A DNA stretch of 64,000 bases from Flavobacteriales bacterium (lineage in GTDB: Bacteria > Bacteroidota > Bacteroidia > Flavobacteriales_D > JBKBNH01): NCBI GenBank assembly GCA_046295395.1, contig JBKBNH010000006.1, positions 53,646 to 117,645 of the forward strand, given 5' to 3'. Below, piece after piece: positions 44,631 through 55,106 of the stretch. Below the pieces are notes generated by a model. It did not search any database. It saw only the letters and a list, made by a program, of their open reading frames with translations, and was not told where the DNA came from. Position 1 is the stretch's first letter; each line of letters opens with the position of its first letter. The position numbers and the translations under genes are program-made.

Positions 44631-45902
44631 ATGCTGGAGATAAATTACCTGAGAGAGAAAAAAGACGAAGCCATTGCCCGACTGGCAAAAAGAAATTTAG
44701 ACGCTACTCCAATCGTCGAAAAAATTATTAGCCTGGATGTAACACGCAGAAGCCTGAAAGGAAAAATGGACGAAGCGCTGTCGGAACTAAATCAAATATC
44801 CAAAAGCATAGGCGACCTGATGAAATCCGGGCAACGCACAGAAGCCGAAAAACAAAAAGTACGCACCGTAGAAGTAAAAGAACTATCGCAGCAACTCAAA
44901 GACGAATTGGCGGGTGTAGAAGAAAAAATACACGAGATGCTTTGCCAGCTTCCTAATGCGCCTCACGCCAAAGTACCTACGGGCAAAAGTGCCGACGACA
45001 ACGAAATAGTAAAGGAAACGGGCATTAAGCCCAACTTACTGGAAGGAGCGCTTCCGCATTGGGAAATTGCCGCCAAATACAACCTGATAAATTTTGAACT
45101 CGGGGTGAAAATAACCGGAGCAGGATTTCCGGTGTACATAAACAAAGGAGCGAAACTGCAACGGGCGTTAATTCAGTTTTTTCTGGACGAGGCCGAAAAA
45201 GCAGGCTACACCGAATACCAAGTGCCACACGTAGTAAATGCCGATAGTGGGTTTGGCACCGGGCAATTGCCCGACAAAGAGGGGCAAATGTACCACGATG
45301 CGCAAGACGATTTGTACCTTATTCCTACGGCGGAGGTGCCACTTACCAATCTTTACCGCGATGTGATTTTGAACGAAAAAGATTTTCCGGTAAAAATGAC
45401 CGGCTACACGCCTTGTTTTAGAAGGGAGGCGGGCTCTTACGGCAAAGATGTGCGCGGGCTAAACCGCCTACACCAGTTCGACAAAGTAGAGATTGTGCAG
45501 ATAGCCCATCCCGACAAATCGTATGACGTGCTGGAAGAAATGGCAGCACACGTAGCCGGACTGTTGGATAAACTGGAATTGCCCTACCGCATTTTGCGGC
45601 TTTGTGGGGGCGATATGGGCTTTGCATCGGCACACACCTACGATTTTGAAACCTGGTCTGCAGCACAGCAACGCTGGCTCGAAGTAAGCTCCACTTCCAA
45701 TTTTGAAACATTTCAGGCAAATCGCCTAAAACTCCGTTTTAAAGATGCAGATGGCAAATCCAGACTGGCACACACGCTTAACGGCAGTGCGCTTGCCTTG
45801 CCCCGTATTGTAGCCACTTTGTTGGAAAACAACCAAACCCCTCAGGGAGTAAGGATTCCTAAAGTGTTGGTTCCTTACACCGGTTTTGATATTATAAACT
45901 AG
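44631..45902 (+). CDS. serS: Serine--tRNA ligase
   Basis: 423 aa with a coiled-coil tRNA-binding arm. Class II motifs: FRREAGSYGKDVRGLNRLHQFDKVE and GSALALPR. Confidence 0.96.
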   Translation: MLEINYLREKKDEAIARLAKRNLDATPIVEKIISLDVTRRSLKGKMDEALSELNQISKSIGDLMKSGQRTEAEKQKVRTVEVKELSQQLKDELAGVEEKIHEMLCQLPNAPHAKVPTGKSADDNEIVKETGIKPNLLEGALPHWEIAAKYNLINFELGVKITGAGFPVYINKGAKLQRALIQFFLDEAEKAGYTEYQVPHVVNADSGFGTGQLPDKEGQMYHDAQDDLYLIPTAEVPLTNLYRDVILNEKDFPVKMTGYTPCFRREAGSYGKDVRGLNRLHQFDKVEIVQIAHPDKSYDVLEEMAAHVAGLLDKLELPYRILRLCGGDMGFASAHTYDFETWSAAQQRWLEVSSTSNFETFQANRLKLRFKDADGKSRLAHTLNGSALALPRIVATLLENNQTPQGVRIPKVLVPYTGFDIIN

Positions 45903-45946
45903 AACAAGGCTCGATTTTTGCAGGAATAATTCTATAAATTCATCTT

Positions 45947-46507
45947 ATGATACGCACTAAAATTTTTATTTTGCTTACGGCTCTTTCAGTCATCTTTTTT
46001 GCCTGCACATCTCCTTATAAAAACAAGGTACAAGAGGTGGACAACTGGATTGAGAAGGTAACGGTAAAAAATCAAAAACTAAGGGCATTAGACTCTGCCA
46101 AAGTGAAAGAAATAGGCGTTGAATATGCAAAAAACATCGTTCTTTTGCGCAGTAAACTGGAAAGCTACACTTTCGATAGCATCGACCAAGAAATGTCCAA
46201 TACTATTCAGCAGTACAAGGGACTGAAAAAAGGCACGGCACGATTTCCAATGACCTACTCCAATTTAAAACGCGAATCGGAATACACCTTAAAACAACTG
46301 AATGACCTGCGCGCAGTTTTGAGCGCAGGAAAAATAGAAGGGAAAAAACTCGATGAAAAACTGGCTGAAAAGTATTTTAACGATGAAAAAAATGCCGTAA
46401 ACCTGCTTTTGACACAAATAACTGAAACTATATCTCTATACGAGAGTATATTAGCCACGCACGACACACTAACACCAAAAGTAAAAACGTATTTAGAAAA
46501 ACTTTGA
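45947..46507 (+). CDS. Hypothetical lipoprotein (helical)
   Basis: Lipobox VIFFAC. K/E-rich helical sequence with no known motif. Confidence 0.5.
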   Translation: MIRTKIFILLTALSVIFFACTSPYKNKVQEVDNWIEKVTVKNQKLRALDSAKVKEIGVEYAKNIVLLRSKLESYTFDSIDQEMSNTIQQYKGLKKGTARFPMTYSNLKRESEYTLKQLNDLRAVLSAGKIEGKKLDEKLAEKYFNDEKNAVNLLLTQITETISLYESILATHDTLTPKVKTYLEKL

Positions 46508-48363
46508 TGCGTCAACTAACATACCTGATTACACTTGCTTTTGCCATCTCCTTTCATACGGTGAAAGCGCAGTCGGGAATTGACCATCAGCTTGCTATCG
46601 AGTATTACAATAGTGGTGATTTTGAAAAAGCGGCGATGTACTTCGAAAAGCTCCATACCCAGTCGCCCACAAAATTTTATTTTAACAACTACTTCAATTC
46701 ACTCCTAAAGCTGGAGCGATACAAAGACGCTGAGAAACTAGCTAAAAAACAAATGCGTCTGATGCCTGGTGAGCTTAGCATCTATGTGATGGTGGGTAAA
46801 CTACACGCCGCACAAAATGATGAAGCGAAAGCAAAAGAATTTTACGACAAGGCCGTCAAAAACATTTCTTCCTCTAACCGAATAGGCGATATTGAAAATT
46901 TGGCTACAACCTTTAGAATGGAAGAGCTTCCGCAATACGCCCTTCAAGCCTATCAAAAAGCAGAAAAAGTTCTCGCGGTTTCTCCGTGGCAATTTAAAGG
47001 CAGTATTGCCGAAGTGTACGCTCAGCTTGGCGAAACCTCAAACATGGTAAACACCTACCTAGATTTGATTGATGCAAACAAAAGTTTCTTGTTCTCTGTG
47101 CAAAGCTTAATGTCCAGAAAATTTGATTTTACCATAGATGACGAAAAAAATGAAATTCTGCGTGTGGAATTGGTTAAACGTGTGCAAAAAAACCCGGATA
47201 AAGAACATTTTAGCGAATTGCTTATTTGGTTTTTTGAACAACGGGGCGATTACGAATCAGCTCTTGTTCAGGCAAAGGCATTCGACAAAAGAACCTCTTC
47301 CCCCGGATACAAAGTAATGGAGCTTGGCGATTTTTGTATGATTAACCGAAAATACAGCATTGCTATTGATGCTTATAAGCACGTGGTAAATCAAGGGGCA
47401 AAAAATCCACTTTATTTCACCGCACGCATTAAATACGTGGATGCCCTGCGCATGAGAATTACAGAAAACAGGTATACTGATGAGGAGCTAAAAACACTCA
47501 ATCAAGAATACACTAATCTGCTTACGGATTTGGGTGAAAACGAAATGTCTGTATCGGTAATGATTGATCAGGCAAGGCTATATACATACTATTTTCACAA
47601 ACCCAAGCAAGGAATAGAAATTCTAGAGCGGGCACTCGCCGTGCCTTCCATCAATAATACTCAAACCTCAGAAATAAAAATGGAGCTGGCTGATGCCTTT
47701 ATGGTTTCAGGCGATATTTGGGAGGCATCGCTCCTGTATTCGCAAGTAGAAAAAGCCAATAAACACGATATTATCGGGTTTGAAGCTAAGTTCAGAAATG
47801 CCAAGGTTATGTATTACTCGGGTGACTTTGGGTTGGCTCAATCGCGGTTAAACTCATTAAAAACATCAACCTCTAAGTTAATTTCGAACGATGCACTGGA
47901 ACTTTCTATACTCATTACAGACAACTTGGGAATCGACAGTAACACCACCTTACTCAGCTACTTTTCCATGGCAGACTTGCTTATTTTTCAAAACAAACTG
48001 AATGAAGCAAACATTATTTTAGACAGCATTTTATCCGGAAATCCTGGACATCCAATAACCGATGAGACACTATACAGAAAATATCAGATTGCTCAAAAAC
48101 AGGGGGAATACAAAAAAGCCGAAGAATTTTTAGCCAAAATAATCAAAGACTTTAAAGACGATATACTTGCAGACAAAGCCTTGTTTAAACTGGGCGAACT
48201 GTATCATTACTATCTAGACGACAAAGAAAAGGCCGCCGAAACTTACAAACAATTAATGATTGATTTCCCCGGAAGTTTGTTTTCGGCTGAAAGCCGAAAA
48301 CGCTTTAGAGAATTGCGCGGCGATGAAACAGAAAGCCCCAGAAAAATGATAGATAAAACATGA
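46504..48363 (+). CDS. Tetratricopeptide-repeat protein, secreted
   Basis: Signal peptide ending VKAQ. Many TPR-like units (AIEYYNSGDFEKAAMYFEKL, ADKALFKLGELYHYYLDDKEKAAETYKQLMIDFP). It overlaps the upstream stop by 4 nt. Confidence 0.7.
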   Translation: MMRQLTYLITLAFAISFHTVKAQSGIDHQLAIEYYNSGDFEKAAMYFEKLHTQSPTKFYFNNYFNSLLKLERYKDAEKLAKKQMRLMPGELSIYVMVGKLHAAQNDEAKAKEFYDKAVKNISSSNRIGDIENLATTFRMEELPQYALQAYQKAEKVLAVSPWQFKGSIAEVYAQLGETSNMVNTYLDLIDANKSFLFSVQSLMSRKFDFTIDDEKNEILRVELVKRVQKNPDKEHFSELLIWFFEQRGDYESALVQAKAFDKRTSSPGYKVMELGDFCMINRKYSIAIDAYKHVVNQGAKNPLYFTARIKYVDALRMRITENRYTDEELKTLNQEYTNLLTDLGENEMSVSVMIDQARLYTYYFHKPKQGIEILERALAVPSINNTQTSEIKMELADAFMVSGDIWEASLLYSQVEKANKHDIIGFEAKFRNAKVMYYSGDFGLAQSRLNSLKTSTSKLISNDALELSILITDNLGIDSNTTLLSYFSMADLLIFQNKLNEANIILDSILSGNPGHPITDETLYRKYQIAQKQGEYKKAEEFLAKIIKDFKDDILADKALFKLGELYHYYLDDKEKAAETYKQLMIDFPGSLFSAESRKRFRELRGDETESPRKMIDKT

Positions 48364-48668
48364 TTTTATATAACGTTACCATTAATTTGGACGAAAACAT
48401 TCATCAAGAATGGCTGGAGTGGATGAAAACCAAACACATTCCCGATGTAATGAATACCGGCTGTTTTATAGAAAGTAAAATATACCGCATACACTCCGAT
48501 GATGAAGGCGTAACTTTTGCTGTTCAGTACTTGTGCGAGGACATGAACAGATACGAAAAGTACCGAGATTACTTTGCCCAACCACTACAACAAGAGCACA
48601 TCGATAAATTTCAGGGAAAATTTGCTGCCTTCAGAACAATACTCGAAATAGTGCATCAGCACAAATAA
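48360..48668 (+). CDS. DUF4286-family protein
   Basis: MILYNVTINLDENIHQEWLEWMKTKHIPDVMNTGCF matches my recollection of the DUF4286 N-terminus. Size is 102 aa. Confidence 0.6.
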   Translation: MILYNVTINLDENIHQEWLEWMKTKHIPDVMNTGCFIESKIYRIHSDDEGVTFAVQYLCEDMNRYEKYRDYFAQPLQQEHIDKFQGKFAAFRTILEIVHQHK

Positions 48669-48671
48669 ACT

Positions 48672-49433
48672 ATGTACGTTAAACCAAAAAAACACTTAGG
48701 GCAGCACTTTCTGCACGACAAGCATGTTTGCGAGAGAATAGCCAACAGTCTCATGTTTGCAGGCAAATCTTACACCCAACTAGTAGAAATTGGTCCGGGC
48801 ACAGGAGCGCTTACCGCCTTTCTTATCCCCAAAAAAGAAGTTGGGCTTGCCGTAGTAGAAATAGATCGGGAATCGATTGAATACTTACACATCCACTATC
48901 CCGAATTAATCGTTTTAGACAAAGACTTTTTAAAACTAGAACTATCCAAAATATTTAAAGGCCCTGTGGGTATAATCGGGAATTTTCCCTACAATATTTC
49001 CAGTCAGATTTTATTTAGAGTTTACGAGCAGCGCGCAATAGTGCCGGAGGTTGTGGGAATGTTTCAGAAAGAAGTAGCTCAACGTGTAGCGTCGGGTCCC
49101 GGAAACAAAGATTATGGCATATTGAGTGTTTTGCTCCAGGCTTTTTACGATATCGAGTATTTGTTCTCCGTAGATGAGGGCTGTTTTACTCCCCCTCCTA
49201 AAGTAAAATCGGGAGTTATCAGGCTAATCAGAAACAAAACCGAAAAACTATCTTGTGACGAAAATCGATTTAAATTGGTTGTAAAAACTGCTTTTAATCA
49301 ACGCCGTAAGACACTCAGAAATTCACTTAAATCAATTACAGACTCAATACCTGAGCCTTTTTCACAAAAAAGACCTGAACAATTATCCCCCCAAGAGTTT
49401 ATTGAATTAACTACTGAAATTTCGCCTGCGTAA
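48672..49433 (+). CDS. rsmA: 16S rRNA (adenine1518/1519-N6)-dimethyltransferase
   Basis: KK.LGQHFL.D, the SAM motif VEIGPGTGALT, and GNFPYNISSQILF. Confidence 0.93.
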   Translation: MYVKPKKHLGQHFLHDKHVCERIANSLMFAGKSYTQLVEIGPGTGALTAFLIPKKEVGLAVVEIDRESIEYLHIHYPELIVLDKDFLKLELSKIFKGPVGIIGNFPYNISSQILFRVYEQRAIVPEVVGMFQKEVAQRVASGPGNKDYGILSVLLQAFYDIEYLFSVDEGCFTPPPKVKSGVIRLIRNKTEKLSCDENRFKLVVKTAFNQRRKTLRNSLKSITDSIPEPFSQKRPEQLSPQEFIELTTEISPA

Positions 49434-50091
49434 CAAACTCCTTCAAGTAATTTGGCTCAAAATAAGCAACATCTTCTGTAAGATTTTGCTGTAATTTTCG
49501 GAATGCCTCGGAACTCATGTTGGCAGATGATGGCACGGCATCTGTTAAATAAACTGCGTTTTTGAATATTGAAACAGATTTATATTTCTCTACCCCATCG
49601 CCGCAAAAAATAATCTTGCTATTTACATCAATCTGACTATAAAAATTTTCGTCCAGCACTTTAGGCTTTACTTTTTCTATTAATTCCAATTGGCCAGAAT
49701 ACAGAGCTGAATAAACTTCCATTCTGCGGGCATCAATCATCGGGATAAAATAATCGGCATGCGGAAATTGTTTTTTTGCTGCAACTGCCAGCAAGTAACT
49801 GGTTTCTATGCCTATCAGAGGTATTGATAATCCAGTGCAAATTCCTTTTGCTGCTGAAACACCTATGCGAAGCCCGGTATATGACCCCGGTCCGGATGAA
49901 ACGGCTACAGCCGAAAGCTCACACATGGTCTTTTTGTTCTCAAGCATTATCGTCTGAATGTAACTAAACAACTTTTCGGAATGGGTGTATTCTGCGTCTG
50001 TAGATTCTTTAAGCGCCAGTGTTTCGCCATTCAGCGAAAGGGCAACAGAGCAAGTTCTTGTTGCGGTTTCCAACTGTAAAATTACCGTCAT
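49411..50091 (-). CDS. tsaB: tRNA t6A37 biosynthesis protein TsaB
   Basis: ILQLETATRTCSVAL, VAVSSGPGSYTGLRIGVS. Size is 226 aa. Confidence 0.88.
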   Translation of the reverse strand: MTVILQLETATRTCSVALSLNGETLALKESTDAEYTHSEKLFSYIQTIMLENKKTMCELSAVAVSSGPGSYTGLRIGVSAAKGICTGLSIPLIGIETSYLLAVAAKKQFPHADYFIPMIDARRMEVYSALYSGQLELIEKVKPKVLDENFYSQIDVNSKIIFCGDGVEKYKSVSIFKNAVYLTDAVPSSANMSSEAFRKLQQNLTEDVAYFEPNYLKEFVTQAKFQ

Positions 50092-51338
50092 CAGAGTTTT
50101 GTCACCCTTAGCTCCACCCTTCTGTTTGCTTTGCTTTGTGCTTCGTTGGTGGGGCTGGGGTAAATCATTTTGGTATTTCCATATCCGGCATAAGTAATTC
50201 TATTTGTCTCTATCCCATTTTTCTTCAGGTGGTCGTATACAGCTTTGGCTCTGTCGTTGGAAAGCTTTTTGTGGGCTTTTTTATTTGGTGTGCCAGGACC
50301 ATTTACATGCCCCATAATTTCTACATGTATATTAGGATTGTTTTTCAGAAACTCGGTGATTTTTTTGAGTTCATCTTCGGAGTTAGGCATAATTTGCGCC
50401 CTGTCCATAACAAAGTTTATGTTTTCAAACTTAAGCTTGGTTCCAACCTCTAATTTCTTTAGCTCTACAACAAGTGTAGTGTCCGTTTCTTTTCGCTGAG
50501 AGTATATTTCGTTGTACAGTTCATAGCCCTGTTTGTTGATGTAAATTGCATAGGTTCTGAACTTTTGTACATTTTCGATTTGGTAAGACCCGGTTTTTTC
50601 ATCAAATTTCAACACCTCTTCCGGAGTCATCCCCTTTACTGCAAAATCTTTAGTGGTTATTTTTAAAGGCTGTCCCTTCTCTACAAACTGAATATATACT
50701 GATGGATAAGGGTTCTTAGTCGGCTCGGGATCTCTTACAACTTCAACCGGAACAGGCTCCACAAAAAGGGTTGTGTCCATTTCGAATTTAAACCCGCTTT
50801 TGCTTCCGTAAGGACAATCTATTACCATCAAATATTCTTCACCTGCCTTTACACTAAGCGGCGCGCTGTAAGCATTTCCGGGTCCGGCAGCAGCAAACTC
50901 GTTAGTATATCCGGCTTTTAATCCGGTTTTGCTACCTTTCTCGGGGTTAACTCGGGTTAAATTACTTCTCACCGGAGTGGCTTGCTTACGAGTAATTTTG
51001 GTGCAAATGTCTTCTTCGTTTTTAAAAATTATGAAATCAAAATCTTCATTTGGATCTACAGGCACTAATTCAAATTCAAATTCTGCATCCTGAACAAAAA
51101 CCAGTTTTATCCACAAGGTATTGTGCTCTCTGGTGAAAAAGTATGGTGATTTTATGCTGTAACCACTTATTTCGAGTCTGTTGCCATAGCCATCCGGCAC
51201 CTTCATGTCGGGTACAAAACACTGAATCACCTCAAGTGGATTGTTGCAATCCCTGTGGGCTGATAGGTCTTGATTTTGAGCCGTTAACAAACTACAATTT
51301 AGAATCAGTAACGTTGAAGTGAGTAGTCTTGTCATCAA
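50091..51338 (-). CDS. OmpA-family protein (unknown N-terminal domain plus C-terminal OmpA peptidoglycan-binding domain)
   Basis: Signal peptide ending LLTAQ. C-terminus: FENINFVMDRAQI...LKKITEFLKNNPNIHVEIMGH...LSNDRAKAVYDHL...YGNTKMI...NRRVELRV. Confidence 0.85.
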   Translation of the reverse strand: MMTRLLTSTLLILNCSLLTAQNQDLSAHRDCNNPLEVIQCFVPDMKVPDGYGNRLEISGYSIKSPYFFTREHNTLWIKLVFVQDAEFEFELVPVDPNEDFDFIIFKNEEDICTKITRKQATPVRSNLTRVNPEKGSKTGLKAGYTNEFAAAGPGNAYSAPLSVKAGEEYLMVIDCPYGSKSGFKFEMDTTLFVEPVPVEVVRDPEPTKNPYPSVYIQFVEKGQPLKITTKDFAVKGMTPEEVLKFDEKTGSYQIENVQKFRTYAIYINKQGYELYNEIYSQRKETDTTLVVELKKLEVGTKLKFENINFVMDRAQIMPNSEDELKKITEFLKNNPNIHVEIMGHVNGPGTPNKKAHKKLSNDRAKAVYDHLKKNGIETNRITYAGYGNTKMIYPSPTNEAQSKANRRVELRVTKL

Positions 51339-51437
51339 TAATCGAATCTTTTGTAAACTTAAAGTAAGTTAAACATTTTGTGAAGGCAAAATTTATATGT
51401 TAACAATGGATGTTTATAAACAAGTCTTACTTTTCAT

Positions 51438-52769
51438 TTACCTCAGCACGTCCTTTCGTTCAGCATCTAATCTAAGCAATATAAAAACAAATATAGAAAA
51501 GGCAATGATTGACGACCCCCCGTAACTAAAGAAAGGCAAAGGAATTCCTATTACTGGGGCGAGCCCTATTACCATACCCACATTTACGAAAAAATGCATA
51601 AAAAAGATCGACGCCGTACAGTAGGCAAAAATTCTTGTAAAGTGAGAACGCTGCCTTTCGGCGATAAGGATAATGCGGATTAAAAAGAATAAGTATGCCA
51701 AAAACATTAATGTGCTGCCCAAAAAGCCCCACTCTTCGGAAAGCGAACAAAATATAAAGTCGGTGCTTTGTTCCGGAACATGGCGATAGCGCTCATTAGA
51801 AAGCGTCCCCTCCATGTATCCCTTCCCGGCCACTCCCCCTGAGCCAACCGCAGACATTGCCTGAAAAACGTTATAACCGTCTCCCCTTCTATCCTCCAAA
51901 AGCCCAAGATTTATCTTTATCCTGCTTCGGTGATGCTCTTTTAGTACGTTATCAAAAATCCAGTCGGTGCTATAAACTAATCCTACACTACCAATCCAAG
52001 CTAAAGCCAAATAAAAATAGGCTCGTTTACGATATCGTAGCAATATGACATATTTAATAATAAACATAACCATTAGGGCTAAAAGGGTGACTATGACGGC
52101 GAGAACGGTTTGGCCATTGAGTTCGAGTCCAAAAATTTCGAAGGCAGAAGAAGATTCTCTGAGGAAAATGGTGAGTACTGCTAGTATTCCCGAAAAAAGG
52201 ATAAACAACAGGATGTTGCCTGAAAGTCCTTCGCGATACAATACTAAAATAAATGAGAAAAAAACAAGCACTGTTCCCACGTCAGGCTGCATCATGATAA
52301 CAATAACCGGAATAAGCATCAGCAGAGTTGAGGTGAGTTTAGTTTTAAAATCTTCAAGTTTTACACTAGAACTCAAGTACTTTGCCAACGCCAACGAAGT
52401 GGCAAGTTTAGCAAACTCGGAAGGTTGAAGTGAAAAACCTCCTAGCTGAAACCAGGATCTTGCCCCGTTAATTGGTTTCGTAAAAAGAACTCCTATCAGC
52501 AACAGAAAAACTATTCCGTAAATTATATAGGCTGAAAATGAGAAAAAGGAGCCTTCCATCAGCAATATAACCGTTCCGATAAAAAGCGAAATCCCAATAA
52601 ATATAAGTTGCCGACCGTATTCTTTGTTTATGTCATAGAAGTCGGGGAAATCTTCCTTAAAAGATGCCGAATAAATGGTTAAATAACCCCATGCAACCAA
52701 TATGAAGTAGCTAACCAATAAAGGAATATCAATCTTACCCCAAACTGATATTTGCCTAGAATTTTGCAT
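51438..52769 (-). CDS. rodA: Rod-shape SEDS glycosyltransferase RodA
   Basis: 443 aa polytopic FtsW/RodA/SpoVE family protein (QPSEFAKL, PDVGT, PE..TDFIF, PLPFFSYGGSS). It sits directly downstream of mrdA. Confidence 0.9.
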   Translation of the reverse strand: MQNSRQISVWGKIDIPLLVSYFILVAWGYLTIYSASFKEDFPDFYDINKEYGRQLIFIGISLFIGTVILLMEGSFFSFSAYIIYGIVFLLLIGVLFTKPINGARSWFQLGGFSLQPSEFAKLATSLALAKYLSSSVKLEDFKTKLTSTLLMLIPVIVIMMQPDVGTVLVFFSFILVLYREGLSGNILLFILFSGILAVLTIFLRESSSAFEIFGLELNGQTVLAVIVTLLALMVMFIIKYVILLRYRKRAYFYLALAWIGSVGLVYSTDWIFDNVLKEHHRSRIKINLGLLEDRRGDGYNVFQAMSAVGSGGVAGKGYMEGTLSNERYRHVPEQSTDFIFCSLSEEWGFLGSTLMFLAYLFFLIRIILIAERQRSHFTRIFAYCTASIFFMHFFVNVGMVIGLAPVIGIPLPFFSYGGSSIIAFSIFVFILLRLDAERKDVLR

Positions 52770-54585
52770 TTTTTGTAAGGATTGTTGTTTCCAATGCCCG
52801 TTTTTCTTTCTCCAAGTTTTTTCCGGTAATTTCTCCCCTGAGGTACTTTTCTATTATAAGGCTTGCGATGGGGGCTGCCCAAGTACCTCCCCATGTACCA
52901 TACTCTACGTAAACGGCAACTGCAATTTTGGGGTCTTCTCTAGGGGCAAAAGCTATAAATACCGAATGGTCGTTGTATTTGTTGTTTTGAACTGTTCCAG
53001 TTTTTCCACATACGGTAATACCCTCAACCTGAGCCCTACGACCCGTACCTTGTGTTACCACCAGTGCCATCCCTTCTATTACAGGCTCAAAGTGCTTTGG
53101 ATCTACAGTAGTGTAGTTTTTCATTAAATATTCTTCTCTTTTTAATCCGTCTTTGCCGATTTTCTTAACCAAATGTGGCGTGTAATAGTAGCCCTTATTT
53201 GCAATTACAGCGGCAAAATTAGCCATTTGAAGCGGCACAACACCAATCTCTCCTTCTCCAATACTGTTGGAATATATAGTGGTAAAAGCCCACCTGTTTT
53301 TACCATACCACTTGTCGTAGAAACTAGTATCCGGAATAAATCCTCGCCCCACACCAGGAATGTCTGTTTTAAGAGCCGTGCCCAACCCAAAACTTTCTAG
53401 ATGATTTCTCCAGCGAGATAGCCCAATTCTACTATCGACAAATATACTGCGGGCTTTTCCCTGTTGTATCATTCGGGAATAAACGCTGTAATAGTAAGGA
53501 TTACACGAATGCTGAATAGCCTGAGCCACATTTTGTGCCGGGGGGTGGTTGTGGCAACCTACGTATGATTTATTACAAGCAAATCCGGTATTTGCAGTAA
53601 TTACACCCTCTTGCATAGCTACCAGCGATTGTACCAGTTTAAAAATCGACCCCGGGCGATAATTTGGGTAAATAGCCCGGTTAATTAGTGGTTTCAAACT
53701 ATCGTTTGAAGCCAATTCACCCCAGTATTTACCAAAATCTCTCCCCACCAATCGGTTAGGGTCGATAGTAGGGGCACTTACCATGCAAAGTATTTCTCCG
53801 GTTGAGGGTTCTATAGCCACAATACTCCCCATTTTGTTGGCCATCAGTTTTTCGCCATATGCCTGTAAGGCTGCATCTATGGTTATGTATATGTTATTCC
53901 CTGCTGTTGCCTCCTCGTAGCGGATATTTGACTTTTCTATACCGGTAACATCTCTGAGAAAATAACTCAATCCGCGTTTGCCTCTTAGCTCTTTTTCGTA
54001 TTCTTTCTCCAATCCGCTTTTGCCTACATAGTCTCCAGGGCGATAGTAGTTACTGGTGTCGGCATCTAGCTCTTCGCGACTGATTTCTCGTATATACCCC
54101 ATCACGTGTGAGGCTATCCCTGTTGGATAACCCCTCAATGTTTTTTTTACGCCCTCAATGCCGTTGTATTTTATTAACTTGGGGCCTATTTTGGCATAAT
54201 CTGCCAGCGAAATTTCTTTCATAAAAACCGATGCTTTGTAGGGAACATTAGGCCAGTTTCTGGCTATTTCTATACGTCGGTCAAAGTCTTCTTTTGCTAT
54301 ACCCAAAACTTTACACAGTTCAAGTGTGTCAATTTCTCCAAGTTTTTTTGGCGTAATCATTATATCGTACACGGGGCTGGTAGAAACAAGAAGTTCCCCA
54401 TTTCGGTCAAAAATTAATCCTCTGGCTGGATACACTATTTTTTTTTCTTCAGAAATATCCTGTGCACGAATTGCCCATTTATCATCTATCACTTGGATGT
54501 ACAGCAATCTCATAATAAATATGATAACCGTAACAATGAAGATAAGGAGTATAACAAACTTTCTGCCTTCTAGTTGAGGATTCAT
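52756..54585 (-). CDS. mrdA: Penicillin-binding protein 2 (elongasome transpeptidase)
   Basis: N-terminal TM helix. Motifs PGSIFKLV (SxxK), SNS-like, and CGKTGT. Confidence 0.92.
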   Translation of the reverse strand: MNPQLEGRKFVILLIFIVTVIIFIMRLLYIQVIDDKWAIRAQDISEEKKIVYPARGLIFDRNGELLVSTSPVYDIMITPKKLGEIDTLELCKVLGIAKEDFDRRIEIARNWPNVPYKASVFMKEISLADYAKIGPKLIKYNGIEGVKKTLRGYPTGIASHVMGYIREISREELDADTSNYYRPGDYVGKSGLEKEYEKELRGKRGLSYFLRDVTGIEKSNIRYEEATAGNNIYITIDAALQAYGEKLMANKMGSIVAIEPSTGEILCMVSAPTIDPNRLVGRDFGKYWGELASNDSLKPLINRAIYPNYRPGSIFKLVQSLVAMQEGVITANTGFACNKSYVGCHNHPPAQNVAQAIQHSCNPYYYSVYSRMIQQGKARSIFVDSRIGLSRWRNHLESFGLGTALKTDIPGVGRGFIPDTSFYDKWYGKNRWAFTTIYSNSIGEGEIGVVPLQMANFAAVIANKGYYYTPHLVKKIGKDGLKREEYLMKNYTTVDPKHFEPVIEGMALVVTQGTGRRAQVEGITVCGKTGTVQNNKYNDHSVFIAFAPREDPKIAVAVYVEYGTWGGTWAAPIASLIIEKYLRGEITGKNLEKEKRALETTILTKNAKF

Positions 54586-55106
54586 CTTCGTTCTGTGGGC
54601 TTATAAAACAAATATACCGTTATGAGCATTAATGCTAGGGTGAACAATGTGCTGGTAATTGCTCTAAAAAAAGTGTCTAAAATTCCTGAAAACCGAAACA
54701 CCTCTATGGTGAAAAACCAAAGGTGATGAGCCATGGTAACAATACTAAAATAGGTGATTTTCCACTGCAAACCCATTGTAAAGTACACGTTCGGGCTTTG
54801 TATATCGTAGCCCTCGCGGGGTGCCATTGCTTTAAGCACATAATACCTTATATAACCGGCAAACAAAGTAGCCGAAGCATGCATTCCGTATGTATTGTAG
54901 AAAAAATCGACACACAAACCTGTGAAAAGTGAAATCCCCATTACCGTGGGCAAATTCATATTTACAGGAAGAAGAAGTATGAAAAGCAGATACAAATAAG
55001 CGGTTAAATAGGGGGACACAGCTCCAAAGTCAATCTGATTCAAAAGTAGTACCTGTACCATTAATAGGAACAAAAACCGCAAGCTATTACTCAATACTAC
55101 ATTCAT
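54582..55106 (-). CDS. mreD: Rod shape-determining protein MreD
   Basis: 174 aa polytopic membrane protein located between mreC and mrdA, with 4-nt overlaps on both sides. Confidence 0.8.
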   Translation of the reverse strand: MNVVLSNSLRFLFLLMVQVLLLNQIDFGAVSPYLTAYLYLLFILLLPVNMNLPTVMGISLFTGLCVDFFYNTYGMHASATLFAGYIRYYVLKAMAPREGYDIQSPNVYFTMGLQWKITYFSIVTMAHHLWFFTIEVFRFSGILDTFFRAITSTLFTLALMLITVYLFYKPTERR

